A DNA stretch of 64,000 nucleotides from an uncultured Alphaproteobacteria bacterium (GCA_944391735.1 CALXUR010000003.1:12287-76286), one strand, 5' to 3'; shown: positions 1 through 9,778, counted from the stretch's first letter. Numbers and translations: made by a program. The notes: a model not told the origin generated them from the letters alone.

Positions 1-279
1 CATTTCGGTGCCGGTCGGGTAACATTAAGGACGGCTCCTGCCGGTACGGGTATTATCGCGGGTGGTCCGATGCGTGCTGTTTTTGAAGCCATGGGGATTC
101 AAGATGTTGTTGCCAAGTGCACCGGGTCTTCCAATCCGCACAACATGGTTCGCGCTACTTTTGATGCTTTGGACGGGTTGAATTCACCGCGCAGCGTTGC
201 TGCGAAACGCGGGAAAAAAGTCGGCGATATCGTCGGCCGCCGTGATGGTGAGGCTGCTGCCAAAGAAATCGCAGAATAA
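1..279 (+). CDS. rpsE: 30S ribosomal protein S5, C-terminal part (5' end lies outside the window)
   Basis: Frame 1 is open from base 1. The translation ...[39 protein letters not shown]... matches the conserved S5 C-terminus. Confidence 0.85.
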   Translation, partial: HFGAGRVTLRTAPAGTGIIAGGPMRAVFEAMGIQDVVAKCTGSSNPHNMVRATFDALDGLNSPRSVAAKRGKKVGDIVGRRDGEAAAKEIAE

Positions 280-290
280 GGAATAGAAAC

Positions 291-824
291 ATGAAACTGA
301 ATGAAATTCGTGATAACAAAGGGGCTCGCAAGCAGTCCATGCGTGTTGCGCGCGGCGTTGGTTCCGGCAAAGGCCGGACCGGCGGGCGTGGCTTTAAAGG
401 TCAGAAATCCCGTACGGGTGTTGCCATCAACGGTTTTGAAGGCGGACAAATGCCGGTTTACCGGCGTGCGCCAAAACGGGGGTTCAACAACATTTTCCGT
501 TTGACTTTTGCCGAAATTAACCTCGGTAGAATTCAAAAGGCGATTGACGACAAGATTTTGGCAGCCGATAAAGAAATCAATGCGATTGCTTTAATGGAGG
601 CCGGTCTGATCAAGAACATGCGTGACGGTATTCGTCTGTTAGGTAACGGTGCGTTTTCGTCCAAGGCTGTCATTCGTGTGACGGGTGCGACGAAGTCGGC
701 GGTTGCCGCGGTTGAAAAAGCGGGCGGACAAGTCATTGTCGAGCCGAAAAAAGAGACTGTTTTGAAAAAAGGTGTCAAGACATCTAAAAAAGAAAAAGCG
801 GTCAAGAAAACAAAAAAAGCGTAA
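291..824 (+). CDS. rplO: 50S ribosomal protein L15 with a Lys-rich C-terminal tail
   Basis: N-terminal [20 protein letters not shown] motif typical of L15. It directly follows rpsE with no rpmD (L30) gene in between. Confidence 0.9.
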   Translation: MKLNEIRDNKGARKQSMRVARGVGSGKGRTGGRGFKGQKSRTGVAINGFEGGQMPVYRRAPKRGFNNIFRLTFAEINLGRIQKAIDDKILAADKEINAIALMEAGLIKNMRDGIRLLGNGAFSSKAVIRVTGATKSAVAAVEKAGGQVIVEPKKETVLKKGVKTSKKEKAVKKTKKA

Positions 825-843
825 GATAAGGAGAGAGTGAGCA

Positions 844-2181
844 ATGGTATCGTTGTCAGAAAAAATGGCTTCAAAAATGGATTTTTCGGCTTTTTCGAAA
901 GCCAAGGATTTACAAAAAAGGCTGTTGTTCACTCTTTTCGCGTTGATTATTTTCCGGTTAGGGACGTATGTTCCCTTTCCGGGGATTAATCCGCAGGTGT
1001 TGAACGAATTTTTTTCCAGCAACAGCGGTGGGTTAATCGGTATGTTTAATGCCTTTACGGGGGGTGCTTTATCCCGTATGTCTATTTTTGCCCTGAACAT
1101 TATGCCGTATATTTCTGCCTCCATTATCATTCAATTGGGGGCCAGCGTTATTCCTTCTTTATCCGCTTTGAAAAAAGAAGGTGAATCGGGGATGCGGAAA
1201 ATGAATCAGTATACCCGTTATTTAACGATTTTAATCACGGTTGTGCAGGCGTTTTTCATGGCGCGGGCATTGGAGAGCGGTGGTGCGGTTATTATGCCGT
1301 CTCACGCTATGTTTGAATTATCGACGGTTGTATCTCTTTTAGGAGGAACAATGTTTGTCGTCTGGTTGGGAGAGCAAATCACGGCACGGGGCGTCGGTAA
1401 CGGCACATCATTAATTATTACGGTCGGTATCGTGGCGGGTATGCCGTCTGCCTTGTTACGGATTTTTGAAGAAGGCCGGGCAGGGGCTTTGTCGACAGGG
1501 CTTTTGTTGTTTATTATGGCGTTGGTTTTTGCCGTTATTTATATTGTTGTTATGTTTGAACGGGCTCAACGTCGGATTACGATTCAATACCCGAAACGTC
1601 AAATGGGCAACCGCATGATGCAGGGAATCAGCTCTCACCTGCCGTTAAAAATCAATCCGACAGGGGTGATGCCACCGATTTTTGCCAGTGCCATTTTGGC
1701 TATTCCTGTGGCGATTGTTCAATTTTCAAGTCAAAATTCAACATCCGAGTTTGTGACAAAAATGGCAACGCTTTTAACGCCGGGGCAATGGTTGTATATT
1801 GCGGTTTTTGCCTTTTTGATTGTCTTTTTTACATTCTTTTACACCAGTATTCAGCCGCATTCAAATCCGACGGAAATAGCCGATAGTTTAAAGAAGCAAG
1901 GCGGATTTATTGCGGGGATTCGTCCGGGTAAAAATACGGCGGATTATTTGGATTACGTCATTACACGTTTGACTGTTTTGGGTGCTATTTATCTGACGGT
2001 TTTATGTATTTTACCGGAATTTTTAATTGCAACCTTTAAGGTTCCCTTTTTCTTGGGCGGAACGACATTATTGATTGTTGTATCCGTTACGATGGAGACA
2101 ATGACCCAGATACAATCTCATTTGATTGCGCATCAATATGAAGGCTTAATTAAGAAAGCAAAGCTGAAAGGACGGTTATAA
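844..2181 (+). CDS. secY: Preprotein translocase subunit SecY
   Basis: 445 aa polytopic membrane protein with SecY motifs, in the spc operon position. Confidence 0.95.
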   Translation: MVSLSEKMASKMDFSAFSKAKDLQKRLLFTLFALIIFRLGTYVPFPGINPQVLNEFFSSNSGGLIGMFNAFTGGALSRMSIFALNIMPYISASIIIQLGASVIPSLSALKKEGESGMRKMNQYTRYLTILITVVQAFFMARALESGGAVIMPSHAMFELSTVVSLLGGTMFVVWLGEQITARGVGNGTSLIITVGIVAGMPSALLRIFEEGRAGALSTGLLLFIMALVFAVIYIVVMFERAQRRITIQYPKRQMGNRMMQGISSHLPLKINPTGVMPPIFASAILAIPVAIVQFSSQNSTSEFVTKMATLLTPGQWLYIAVFAFLIVFFTFFYTSIQPHSNPTEIADSLKKQGGFIAGIRPGKNTADYLDYVITRLTVLGAIYLTVLCILPEFLIATFKVPFFLGGTTLLIVVSVTMETMTQIQSHLIAHQYEGLIKKAKLKGRL

Positions 2182-2182
2182 A

Positions 2183-2869
2183 ATGGCAGAAAATAAACTT
2201 CCACCGCGGCATATCATTCTGATGGGGCCTCCGGGTAGTGGAAAAGGAACCCAAAGTGCTATTTTATCCGAAAAGTTAGGGATTAACACCTATTCGGCCG
2301 GTGAGTTGTTGAGAGAGGCGACTTTATCCGGGACGCGTGAAGGGAAAGCGATTAAAAAGCTGATTGATAAAGGGAATTTGGTTCCTGCGAAATACATTGT
2401 GAACCGGATTAAGGAAAAGTTGATGGAACCGGAAAATCTGAAAGGGTATATTTTGGATGGGTTTCCTCGGACTTTGGATCAAGCAAAAGTATTTGAAAAA
2501 ATGCAAAAGAAGTCTTATTTCCAAAAGAACAACCTGTGTGTTGATTTGGTCATTCTTTTGCAGGTGCCGGATGATTATGTGATTGAGCGCATCATCGGGC
2601 GCAGTCAATGTGCCAACTGTGGGACATTGTATCATGAAAAATATAAACCGACAAAGGTGTTCGGCGTATGCGATGCCTGTGGCGGAAAAGAATTTACACG
2701 GCGGGCGGACGATACCTATGAAACGGTAGTATCTAGACTCCGCAATTACCGCTCTGTAACGGCTCCGGTTATACCTTACTACGAAGAAAAGGGGCTTTTA
2801 GTGTGCGTTGATGGGACGGGACCCATTGACGTGGTTAGTGAAAAGATAAGAAAAATAGTAGGATACTGA
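2183..2869 (+). CDS. adk: Adenylate kinase with a zinc-binding lid (CxxC...CxxC)
   Basis: GPPGSGKGTQ P-loop. The lid has CANCG...CDACGG. The ATG sits 1 nt after the secY stop. Confidence 0.95.
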   Translation: MAENKLPPRHIILMGPPGSGKGTQSAILSEKLGINTYSAGELLREATLSGTREGKAIKKLIDKGNLVPAKYIVNRIKEKLMEPENLKGYILDGFPRTLDQAKVFEKMQKKSYFQKNNLCVDLVILLQVPDDYVIERIIGRSQCANCGTLYHEKYKPTKVFGVCDACGGKEFTRRADDTYETVVSRLRNYRSVTAPVIPYYEEKGLLVCVDGTGPIDVVSEKIRKIVGY

Positions 2870-2877
2870 ATTCGGGC

Positions 2878-2906
2878 TTGACACCGGACGAAAAATAGAG
2901 TATAAT
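2878..2906 (+). promoter_or_regulatory. Sigma70-type promoter of the rpsM-rpsK-rpoA-rplQ (alpha) operon
   Basis: TTGACA (2878-2883), 17 nt spacer, TATAAT (2901-2906). A perfect consensus, about 78 nt upstream of rpsM. Confidence 0.6.
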
Positions 2907-2984
2907 TCCCGCTCGTTCAGGTGTCCTTAAAAAGGTCTGAGCTTGGTTTTGTATTATTTTTTATAGGTTTAATGGAGAAGTACC

Positions 2985-3362
2985 TTGGCACGTATTGCTG
3001 GTGTAAACATTCCGACGTCTAAATTGGTTGTCATTGGGTTGACATACATTTACGGCATTGGTCGGAAAAAAGCTGAAGAAATCTGCACACAGGTCGGCAT
3101 TCCCGCGAATAAGCGCGTGAGCGATCTGACAGATGAAGAAACGTTGAAAATTCGTGAGTTGATCGATAATTCCTATCATGTGGAAGGGGATTTGCGTCGC
3201 GAAGTTTCGTTAAATATCAAACGTCTGATGGACTTGGGTTGTTATCGTGGGTTGCGTCACCGGAAAGGGTTGCCGGTTCGCGGTCAACGGACACACACGA
3301 ATGCCCGCACACGCAAGGGTAAAGCCATTGCGATTGCCGGTAAGAAGAAAGTCACTAAGTAA
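2985..3362 (+). CDS. rpsM: 30S ribosomal protein S13
   Basis: [10 protein letters not shown]... is a canonical S13 N-terminus. Confidence 0.95.
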   Translation: MARIAGVNIPTSKLVVIGLTYIYGIGRKKAEEICTQVGIPANKRVSDLTDEETLKIRELIDNSYHVEGDLRREVSLNIKRLMDLGCYRGLRHRKGLPVRGQRTHTNARTRKGKAIAIAGKKKVTK

Positions 3363-3382
3363 GGCGGAAAGGATAGATTTCG

Positions 3383-3775
3383 ATGGCTGAAACAAAAACA
3401 GTGCGGACAAAAAACCGCGACAGAAAGAATATCGCAGTGGGCGTTGCTCATGTGAATTCGACTTTTAACAACACAATGATCACAATTACGGACACACAGG
3501 GGAATGCGATTTCCTGGTCTTCGTCGGGATTAAAAGGGTTCAAAGGATCTCGTAAATCGACGCCGTATGCGGCTCAAGTTGCGGCCGATGATGCGGCGCG
3601 TAAAGCGATGGAGCATGGGTTGAAGACAATCGATGTTTATGTAACGGGTCCGGGCACCGGCCGTGAATCGGCTCTGCGTGCTTTCCAAGCTGCCGGATTA
3701 GTGATTACGTCCATTAAGGACATTACTTCTCTGCCGCACAACGGATGCCGTGCGCGGAAACGTCGGAGAGTTTAG
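3383..3775 (+). CDS. rpsK: 30S ribosomal protein S11
   Basis: S11 family sequence. It is followed directly by rpoA, with no rpsD. Confidence 0.95.
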   Translation: MAETKTVRTKNRDRKNIAVGVAHVNSTFNNTMITITDTQGNAISWSSSGLKGFKGSRKSTPYAAQVAADDAARKAMEHGLKTIDVYVTGPGTGRESALRAFQAAGLVITSIKDITSLPHNGCRARKRRRV

Positions 3776-3844
3776 TATTTTTCGGAGAAACGGGAAGCGG
3801 CCTGTTTTCCGTTTCTTCATTATCTTAACAAAGGGGATCCTCTT

Positions 3845-4861
3845 ATGATGATACAAAAAAATTGGCAAGAGCTTATTAAACCGGATAAGTGTTCGGATGA
3901 CCAGGTTGTTCCCGGTATGAAAGCCACAATGATTGTGGAGCCGTTGGAGCGTGGATTCGGGACGACACTCGGGAATGCTTTGCGTCGGGTTTTGTTATCC
4001 TCCCTGCAGGGTGGTGCGGTGACGGCGATTAAGATTGCCGGTGTGTTGCATGAATTCTCATCCATTCCGGGTGTGCGGGAAGATGTTACCGAAATTATTT
4101 TAAATATCAAATCTCTTGCCTTAAAAGTGGATGCCGAAGGTCCGCAACGCATTTATTTAAACGCGACGGGACCGGGGGTTGTTACGGCGGCTCAGATTGT
4201 GACAAATCACACGGTGGAAGTGATGAATCCGGATTTGGTGATTTGTACATTAGACAAAGACGCCAGCATTGATATTGAAATGATTGTCAACACGGGTAAA
4301 GGGTATGTTACGGCGGCTCAAAACCGTCCGGAAGATTGCCCGATCGGGTTGTTACCGATTGATTCAATCTATTCACCGGTTAAGTCCGTTGTGTATAAAA
4401 CGGTCAATGCGCGGGTTGGTCAACAAACAGACTATGATAAGTTGTATTTGACGGTTGAGACGAACGGTGTTGTGACGCCGGAAGATGCGGTTGCTTTGGC
4501 GGCGCGTATTTTGCAAGAGCAGTTAAAAGTCTTTATCAACTTTGAAGAACCGGAAGAAGCGACATTAGAGGACAAGATTGCCGATTTACCGTTCAACAAG
4601 AATTTATTGTTGAAAGTGGACGAGTTGGAGTTATCTGTCCGTTCGGCGAACTGTTTGAAAAACGACAACATTATTTACATCGGTGATTTGGTTCAAAAAA
4701 CCGAAGCCGAGATGTTGCGGACTCCGAATTTCGGGCGTAAATCTTTGAATGAGATCAAAGAATTACTTGCGAGTATGGATTTGCATCTGGGTATGCAGGT
4801 TGAAGGATGGCCTCCGGAAGATCTGGAAGAGTTATCCGCAACTGTGGATTCAGAGGCTTAA
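3845..4861 (+). CDS. rpoA: DNA-directed RNA polymerase subunit alpha
   Basis: 338 aa with an alpha NTD and a CTD ([12 protein letters not shown]...). Confidence 0.95.
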   Translation: MMIQKNWQELIKPDKCSDDQVVPGMKATMIVEPLERGFGTTLGNALRRVLLSSLQGGAVTAIKIAGVLHEFSSIPGVREDVTEIILNIKSLALKVDAEGPQRIYLNATGPGVVTAAQIVTNHTVEVMNPDLVICTLDKDASIDIEMIVNTGKGYVTAAQNRPEDCPIGLLPIDSIYSPVKSVVYKTVNARVGQQTDYDKLYLTVETNGVVTPEDAVALAARILQEQLKVFINFEEPEEATLEDKIADLPFNKNLLLKVDELELSVRSANCLKNDNIIYIGDLVQKTEAEMLRTPNFGRKSLNEIKELLASMDLHLGMQVEGWPPEDLEELSATVDSEA

Positions 4862-4985
4862 AGTCAAACCGCCGGGAGTGGTTCCCGGCGTCTGACCTTT
4901 GCATTACCTAAACCGGGTGTGGATGGTCGGTTAACGTTATCGGCTTTGCGCGTTCAAGGCCTAAAAAAAGGAAAGGAAAGATAAC

Positions 4986-5474
4986 ATGCGTCACGGTTTT
5001 AAAAAAAGAACACTTAACAGAAAAATCGCACATCGTCGTGCTTTGTTTGCCAATATGGCAGCGGCGTTGATTAAACACGAGCAAATCAAAACAACTTTAC
5101 CGAAAGCTAAAGAGTTGCGTCCGGTTTTTGAAAAACTGGTTACCAAATCCAAGGAAAATACGCTGCACGTACGTCGTCAGTTGTTGTCTTTCCTGCGCGA
5201 TGAAAAGATGGTTGAAAAATTATTATCCGTCTTGGGACCGCGTTACAAAGAACGCAAAGGTGGCTATGTTCGTGTGTTAAAGGCCGGTTTCCGTTTCGGA
5301 GATTGCGCGCCGATGGCGATTGTTGAATTAGTGGATCGGGATGTGACAGCCAAGGGTCAGGATTCCGGTCAAATCGTTGAAGTGGAGGCCGATGCTCCGG
5401 TCGCCGAAGAAGCACCGAAAACGAAAAAAGCTTCCAAGTCAGCAAAAGCTAAAGAAGAAGCGAAAGCCGAGTAA
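4986..5474 (+). CDS. rplQ: 50S ribosomal protein L17 with a Lys/Ala-rich C-terminal extension
   Basis: [20 protein letters not shown]... is an L17 N-terminus. RBS AAAGGAAAGGAAAG precedes the start. Confidence 0.9.
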   Translation: MRHGFKKRTLNRKIAHRRALFANMAAALIKHEQIKTTLPKAKELRPVFEKLVTKSKENTLHVRRQLLSFLRDEKMVEKLLSVLGPRYKERKGGYVRVLKAGFRFGDCAPMAIVELVDRDVTAKGQDSGQIVEVEADAPVAEEAPKTKKASKSAKAKEEAKAE

Positions 5475-5494
5475 TTTAGGATAAGGTGGAAAAA

Positions 5495-5524
5495 GGAAGC
5501 GTTTCGGCGCTTCCTTTTTATTTT
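5495..5524 (+). terminator. Rho-independent terminator after rplQ
   Basis: GGAAGCG-tttcgg-CGCTTCC hairpin followed by a T-run. Confidence 0.6.
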
Positions 5525-5536
5525 GAGGGAAAAGAC

Positions 5537-5692
5537 ATGACAGCAAAAACGAAAGAAAGAATAGTTCAAATGTTTGCCGCCCAAAAGATTTACAGAACGG
5601 AGGTGGATCGCCGAAAGATAAAACGTTCGGCTGATAAGCGAAATAAATTAATGACCAGACAACGGAAGAATCAGGAAAAACAATACGCTTAA
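5537..5692 (+). CDS. Hypothetical small, highly basic protein (about 51 aa)
   Basis: ATG preceded by GAGGGA. The gene lies between two intrinsic terminators. Product MTAKTKERIVQMFAAQKIYRTEVDRRKIKRSADKRNKLMTRQRKNQEKQYA. No family recognised. Confidence 0.3.
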   Translation: MTAKTKERIVQMFAAQKIYRTEVDRRKIKRSADKRNKLMTRQRKNQEKQYA

Positions 5693-5719
5693 AAGAGGCT
5701 GTTAAGCCTCTTTTTTTTA
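5692..5719 (+). terminator. Rho-independent terminator
   Basis: AAGAGGCT-gtta-AGCCTCTT hairpin followed by T8. Confidence 0.6.
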
Positions 5720-5870
5720 CCATAAACTGTAACGAAAAAAGGGTCAATAAAAAGTTATAAAAACGTATAACATGGGCGCAGATATGAAGTCAAGAAAAAA
5801 ATGAAATAACAAAAAGACTTCCTGTATGTTGAGGAAAATGGGGGATAAGATGAAAAAATGTAAAAATTAA

Positions 5871-7406
5871 ATGACCATTAAATTTTTACAGGAAAGGGAA
5901 ATGGGAATGAGAAAAAAGGACTTGCGTGTTGTAGGGAAGCCTTCGACAGAGGGGCATTATGTGTTACAGGATCCCCGGGTCAAGCCCGAGGATGACACAT
6001 TTATGAAAGAGACCGAGGATGCCCCGTCATCCGAGAGACGAATTTTAGGTGGAATTGGGGGATCCAGAAAGGGTGATGAATCGGGTCGATCGATGGTGGA
6101 AATGCTGGGTGTGTTGGCCATCATGGGATTGTTGGCTATCGGTGGGATTATGGCTTACCGATACGCTGTTACGAAATATCAAGCAAATGAGACGTTTAAT
6201 GAACTGCGCCGCCGGGTGGTAATTCACTCTCAACAGAGTATAACGGGCACGCCTTTATCTCAGGTGGAAATGGGAGAGACAACGCAAATGGGCTATCCGA
6301 TAGCCGTTGCGCGTGTGGACAGCGGCTTTTTTGAGTTAACATTACAAGACATTGACAAGCGTCTGTGTCAAGAAATGGTTCGGACGGGATGGACGTTGCC
6401 GACACAGACGCGTGTGAACGGTATTGTGGTAGGGACGAATCCGGCGGCTTGCGGGGAAGAGAACGTCCTTGTGTTCCGATTCCAGGCGGAAATGGGAGGA
6501 TGTAAAACGGACGCGGATTGTCCTTGCGGAACGTGCGCAAACGGGACGTGTCAGACGAGTTGCAGCAGCGGGGAAAGCTGCGTTAAAAACTTTGATGACG
6601 GGCAATATGTGTGTTGCCCGGGTGGAAAAGTAGTCGGCAACAGTTGTTGTGAACATCCGGGCGAAAACGGCACGTGTTGTGATGAAAATAGCAAATATTG
6701 TTGTCCGCCCGATAAGCCGTTGTATGCACAAGGAAAATGTTATGACTGTGAGGAACAGTTTGTGATATTCGGTGTGGATACAGCCAATACGGAAACACGA
6801 AACAAATATGTGCAAATTTGTAATCGATGTCAAGATCGATGGGTATCGTCATATCATAATTTCAGATGTTATAAGCCGTGTCCTGAAGGAGAGATAATTG
6901 ATTATACAGGAACTTGCCATACCTGTGATGATTCCTCTTTTTTCAGACTTGACGGCACAGATCCGTCATGGTATCTGAGTGCCGAGGAGTGTTTTAAATG
7001 CCCGGGTGTTCGCTTTGCCGGATCGGGAGATTACGGGCAATGGAGTAATTATGGAACAGGATGTTATAATTGCTATGATCCTGAACAATCTGTTGAATTC
7101 GGAACATATGGAACACCCAGTTACACAGGAGGAAGCCGGAAACATCAAAATGCTTGCGACGCCTGTCCCAACAGACGATCGATTAATGATCTTTATTGTG
7201 CCAAATACTGTGAGGATGGAAAAGTATGGGACAATGTCGGGCAATGCCATGCGTGCGATGAAGAGGCAGATTTTAACGTGCAAGGTGTTCCGGAAAACAA
7301 ATGTGCGTGTCCCGGTGTGCGGTATTTGGACGGCAATATGTGTAAAAAATGTCCCGAAGACCTATCCGCTTTAACACCCGAACAGCAGGCACAATGCGGG
7401 GGATAA
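5871..7406 (+). CDS. Prepilin-type (type IV pilin-like) protein with a large Cys-rich C-terminal region. The true start may be an internal Met.
   Basis: Motif ...GDESG|RSMVEMLGVLAIMGLLAIGG: a cleavage-type Gly, Glu at +5, and a hydrophobic helix. The remaining roughly 400 aa hold more than 50 Cys in CxxC/CC patterns. Confidence 0.6.
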   Translation: MTIKFLQEREMGMRKKDLRVVGKPSTEGHYVLQDPRVKPEDDTFMKETEDAPSSERRILGGIGGSRKGDESGRSMVEMLGVLAIMGLLAIGGIMAYRYAVTKYQANETFNELRRRVVIHSQQSITGTPLSQVEMGETTQMGYPIAVARVDSGFFELTLQDIDKRLCQEMVRTGWTLPTQTRVNGIVVGTNPAACGEENVLVFRFQAEMGGCKTDADCPCGTCANGTCQTSCSSGESCVKNFDDGQYVCCPGGKVVGNSCCEHPGENGTCCDENSKYCCPPDKPLYAQGKCYDCEEQFVIFGVDTANTETRNKYVQICNRCQDRWVSSYHNFRCYKPCPEGEIIDYTGTCHTCDDSSFFRLDGTDPSWYLSAEECFKCPGVRFAGSGDYGQWSNYGTGCYNCYDPEQSVEFGTYGTPSYTGGSRKHQNACDACPNRRSINDLYCAKYCEDGKVWDNVGQCHACDEEADFNVQGVPENKCACPGVRYLDGNMCKKCPEDLSALTPEQQAQCGG

Positions 7407-7443
7407 CAAAAAGAAAGACTGAACAAAAAAACATAAAATCAGC

Positions 7444-7472
7444 TTGATTTTTCTTTGGATTCTTTGTATAAT
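7444..7472 (+). promoter_or_regulatory. Consensus promoter of parC. It predicts a leaderless or near-leaderless mRNA.
   Basis: TTGATT (7444-7449), 17 nt spacer, TATAAT (7467-7472). Only 7 nt separate the -10 box from the ATG at 7480. Confidence 0.5.
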
Positions 7473-7479
7473 CTCATCC

Positions 7480-9714
7480 ATGACAGAAAAACAAAATGAG
7501 ATAAAATCAACGGAAAACATTAAGGAAACGAAGCTGGCCGACGCATTGTCCGAGCGATATTTAGCCTATGCCATGTCAACAATTGTGGCGCGTTCTTTGC
7601 CGGATGTGCGTGACGGTTTGAAACCGGTGCATCGTCGTCTTTTATTTGCCATGCGTCAATTAAAATTAGATCCGGCGACAGGGTTTAAAAAATGTGCGCG
7701 CGTGGTGGGTGATGTGATTGGTAAATACCATCCGCATGGGGATACCTCGGTTTACGAAGCGATGGTTCGTTTGGCGCAGGATTTTGCCGTGCGTTATCCG
7801 TTGGTTGATGGTCAGGGTAACTTTGGCAACATTGACGGAGACAGAGCCGCGGCGATGCGCTATACGGAAGCGCGTTTAACGCCGGTCGCCATGGCTTTAA
7901 TGGACGGTTTGGATGATAACGCCGTTGATTTTGAAAAGACGTATGACGGAGAGGAGGAAGAGCCGAGTGTGATGCCCGCCGCTTTTCCGAATTTGTTGGC
8001 GAACGGATCATCCGGGATTGCCGTCGGTATGGCAACGAACATTCCGCCGCATAATGTTGGGGAAATATGTGATGCGTTGCAATATTTGATTAAACATCCG
8101 GACTGTGAAATTGTGAAGATGCTTGATTTTGTGCAAGGGCCGGATTTTCCGACAGGCGGGATTTTAGCGGAGTCCCGAGCCAACATCATCAAGGCTTATA
8201 CAACAGGGCGCGGTGCGATGAAAGTGCGTGCCAAGTGGGAAAAAGAAGAGTTGTCACACGGGCAGTATCAGATTGTTGTGACGGAAATTCCGTATGGTGT
8301 TCCCAAATCAGACCTGATCATGAAAATTGCCAAGTTGTTATCGGAAAAGAAGTTGCCTTTGTTGGCGGATATACGGGATGAATCGGCGGACAAGGTGCGT
8401 ATTGTCCTGGAACCGAAATCACGAACGGTCGCGCCGGAACAATTAATGGAGCATTTGTTTAAAAACACGGAGTTGCAGATTAACTTCAACTTGAACATGA
8501 ATGTGTTGGATGCGGATCACACGCCTCGGGTGATGAATTTAAAAGAGGTGTTGGCGGCCTTTTTAAAGCATCGGGACGCAGTGTTGGTGCGTCGATCCCG
8601 TTTTCGGTTAGATAAAATCGCGCACCGCATGGAATTATTGCAGGGCTTTTTAATCACCTATTTGAATCTGGACAGGGTTATTGAAATCATCCGCAACGAG
8701 GACGAACCCAAGCCGATTATGATTGAAGAGTTCAGTTTGTCGGAAGTTCAGGTCGAGGCGATTTTGAACATGCGGTTGCGCTCTTTAAGAAAATTGGAAG
8801 AGGCGCAGTTAAAGACCGAATTCGAAAATCTGGCTCTGGAAAAGGCGGGGTTGGAAAACCTGTTATCCGACGAGCAGATACGATTTAAAAAATTGTCCGA
8901 AGAAATCGGCGAAATCAAAAAGCAATTCGGGGCAAAAACGGTTTTAGGGGCGCGGCGCACGCAAATTGCGGAAGCGGTTGTCAGCATTGATGTTCCGATT
9001 GAGGCCATGATTGAGAAAGAACCGATCACCGTTGTTTTATCGAAAAAAGGGTGGATTCGGGCATTAAAAGGTCATACGGAGACGGACGATTTAAAATTCA
9101 AGGAAGGGGACAGTTTGAAGTTGGCTTTAAAGGCCTACACAACGGACAACATCATGTTGTTTGCCTCAAACGGTCGGTTTTACACGATTTTGGGTGATAA
9201 AATCCCGGGCGGTCGCGGTTTTGGGGAGCCGTTGCGGTTATCAATCGATTTACCGGAGGACGCCGACATTGTAACGTTGTTTGTCTGGCAAGCGGATGAA
9301 CAGTTATTGGTTGCCTCTTTGAAAGGAAAAGGATTTATTGTCCGGACGAAAGACATTATTGCCCAGACGCGTTCGGGGAAAATCATTTTGAATTTATCGG
9401 ATGATGACAAAGCTGTTTTATGTCGTCCGGCGGTGGGGGATCACGTTGCCGTTATCGGCACAAACCGAAAGATGATTGTGTTCAAAGCGGCGGAAATTCC
9501 AACGATGACACGCGGTAGTGGTGTCATGTTACAAAAATACGCGGGTGCGGCTTTATCCGACGTTAAATTCTTTAATTTGGAGGAAGGGTTGGCTTTCCCG
9601 TCCGGAAATGGTATTCGGGTTGAACGGAACATAGAGTTGTGGTTGGCCAAACGGGCAAGTGTCGGTAAAATTCCGCCGGTCGGGTTTCCGCGGAGTAATA
9701 AATTCGGGCATTAA
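7480..9714 (+). CDS. parC: DNA topoisomerase IV subunit A
   Basis: GyrA/ParC N-terminal domain ([24 protein letters not shown], active-site region). About 744 aa and no GyrA-box. The track ORF 7444..9714 begins with a TTG inside the promoter. Confidence 0.85.
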   Translation: MTEKQNEIKSTENIKETKLADALSERYLAYAMSTIVARSLPDVRDGLKPVHRRLLFAMRQLKLDPATGFKKCARVVGDVIGKYHPHGDTSVYEAMVRLAQDFAVRYPLVDGQGNFGNIDGDRAAAMRYTEARLTPVAMALMDGLDDNAVDFEKTYDGEEEEPSVMPAAFPNLLANGSSGIAVGMATNIPPHNVGEICDALQYLIKHPDCEIVKMLDFVQGPDFPTGGILAESRANIIKAYTTGRGAMKVRAKWEKEELSHGQYQIVVTEIPYGVPKSDLIMKIAKLLSEKKLPLLADIRDESADKVRIVLEPKSRTVAPEQLMEHLFKNTELQINFNLNMNVLDADHTPRVMNLKEVLAAFLKHRDAVLVRRSRFRLDKIAHRMELLQGFLITYLNLDRVIEIIRNEDEPKPIMIEEFSLSEVQVEAILNMRLRSLRKLEEAQLKTEFENLALEKAGLENLLSDEQIRFKKLSEEIGEIKKQFGAKTVLGARRTQIAEAVVSIDVPIEAMIEKEPITVVLSKKGWIRALKGHTETDDLKFKEGDSLKLALKAYTTDNIMLFASNGRFYTILGDKIPGGRGFGEPLRLSIDLPEDADIVTLFVWQADEQLLVASLKGKGFIVRTKDIIAQTRSGKIILNLSDDDKAVLCRPAVGDHVAVIGTNRKMIVFKAAEIPTMTRGSGVMLQKYAGAALSDVKFFNLEEGLAFPSGNGIRVERNIELWLAKRASVGKIPPVGFPRSNKFGH

Positions 9715-9741
9715 AATCGTCACGTTTTTAAAATACGAATC

Positions 9742-9772
9742 AAAAAAAACGCCTCACTCTGTCGAGTGGGGC
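9742..9772 (-). terminator. Intrinsic terminator for the minus-strand RHS remnant
   Basis: On the minus strand: GCCCCACTC-gaca-GAGTGAGGC hairpin followed by T8. Confidence 0.4.
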
Positions 9773-9778
9773 AAACGA

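Noticed and set aside
99-536. Minus-strand ORFs antisense to rpsE/rplO, and similar antisense ORFs inside gyrA, pepN, rpsA and tgt (e.g. 63322..63714)
   Set aside because: They are embedded in highly conserved housekeeping genes on the opposite strand and have no initiation signals. They are statistical ORFs.
4869-4891. Stem-loop CGCCGGGA-gtggt-TCCCGGCG between rpoA and rplQ
   Set aside because: No T-run follows and rplQ is normally co-transcribed with rpoA. It may be an RNA processing or attenuation site, but there is not enough evidence.
7444-7479. ORF-track start of parC at 7444 (MIFLWILCIISS...)
   Set aside because: 7444-7446 is TTG and lies inside a consensus -35/-10 promoter. The real start is the ATG at 7480.
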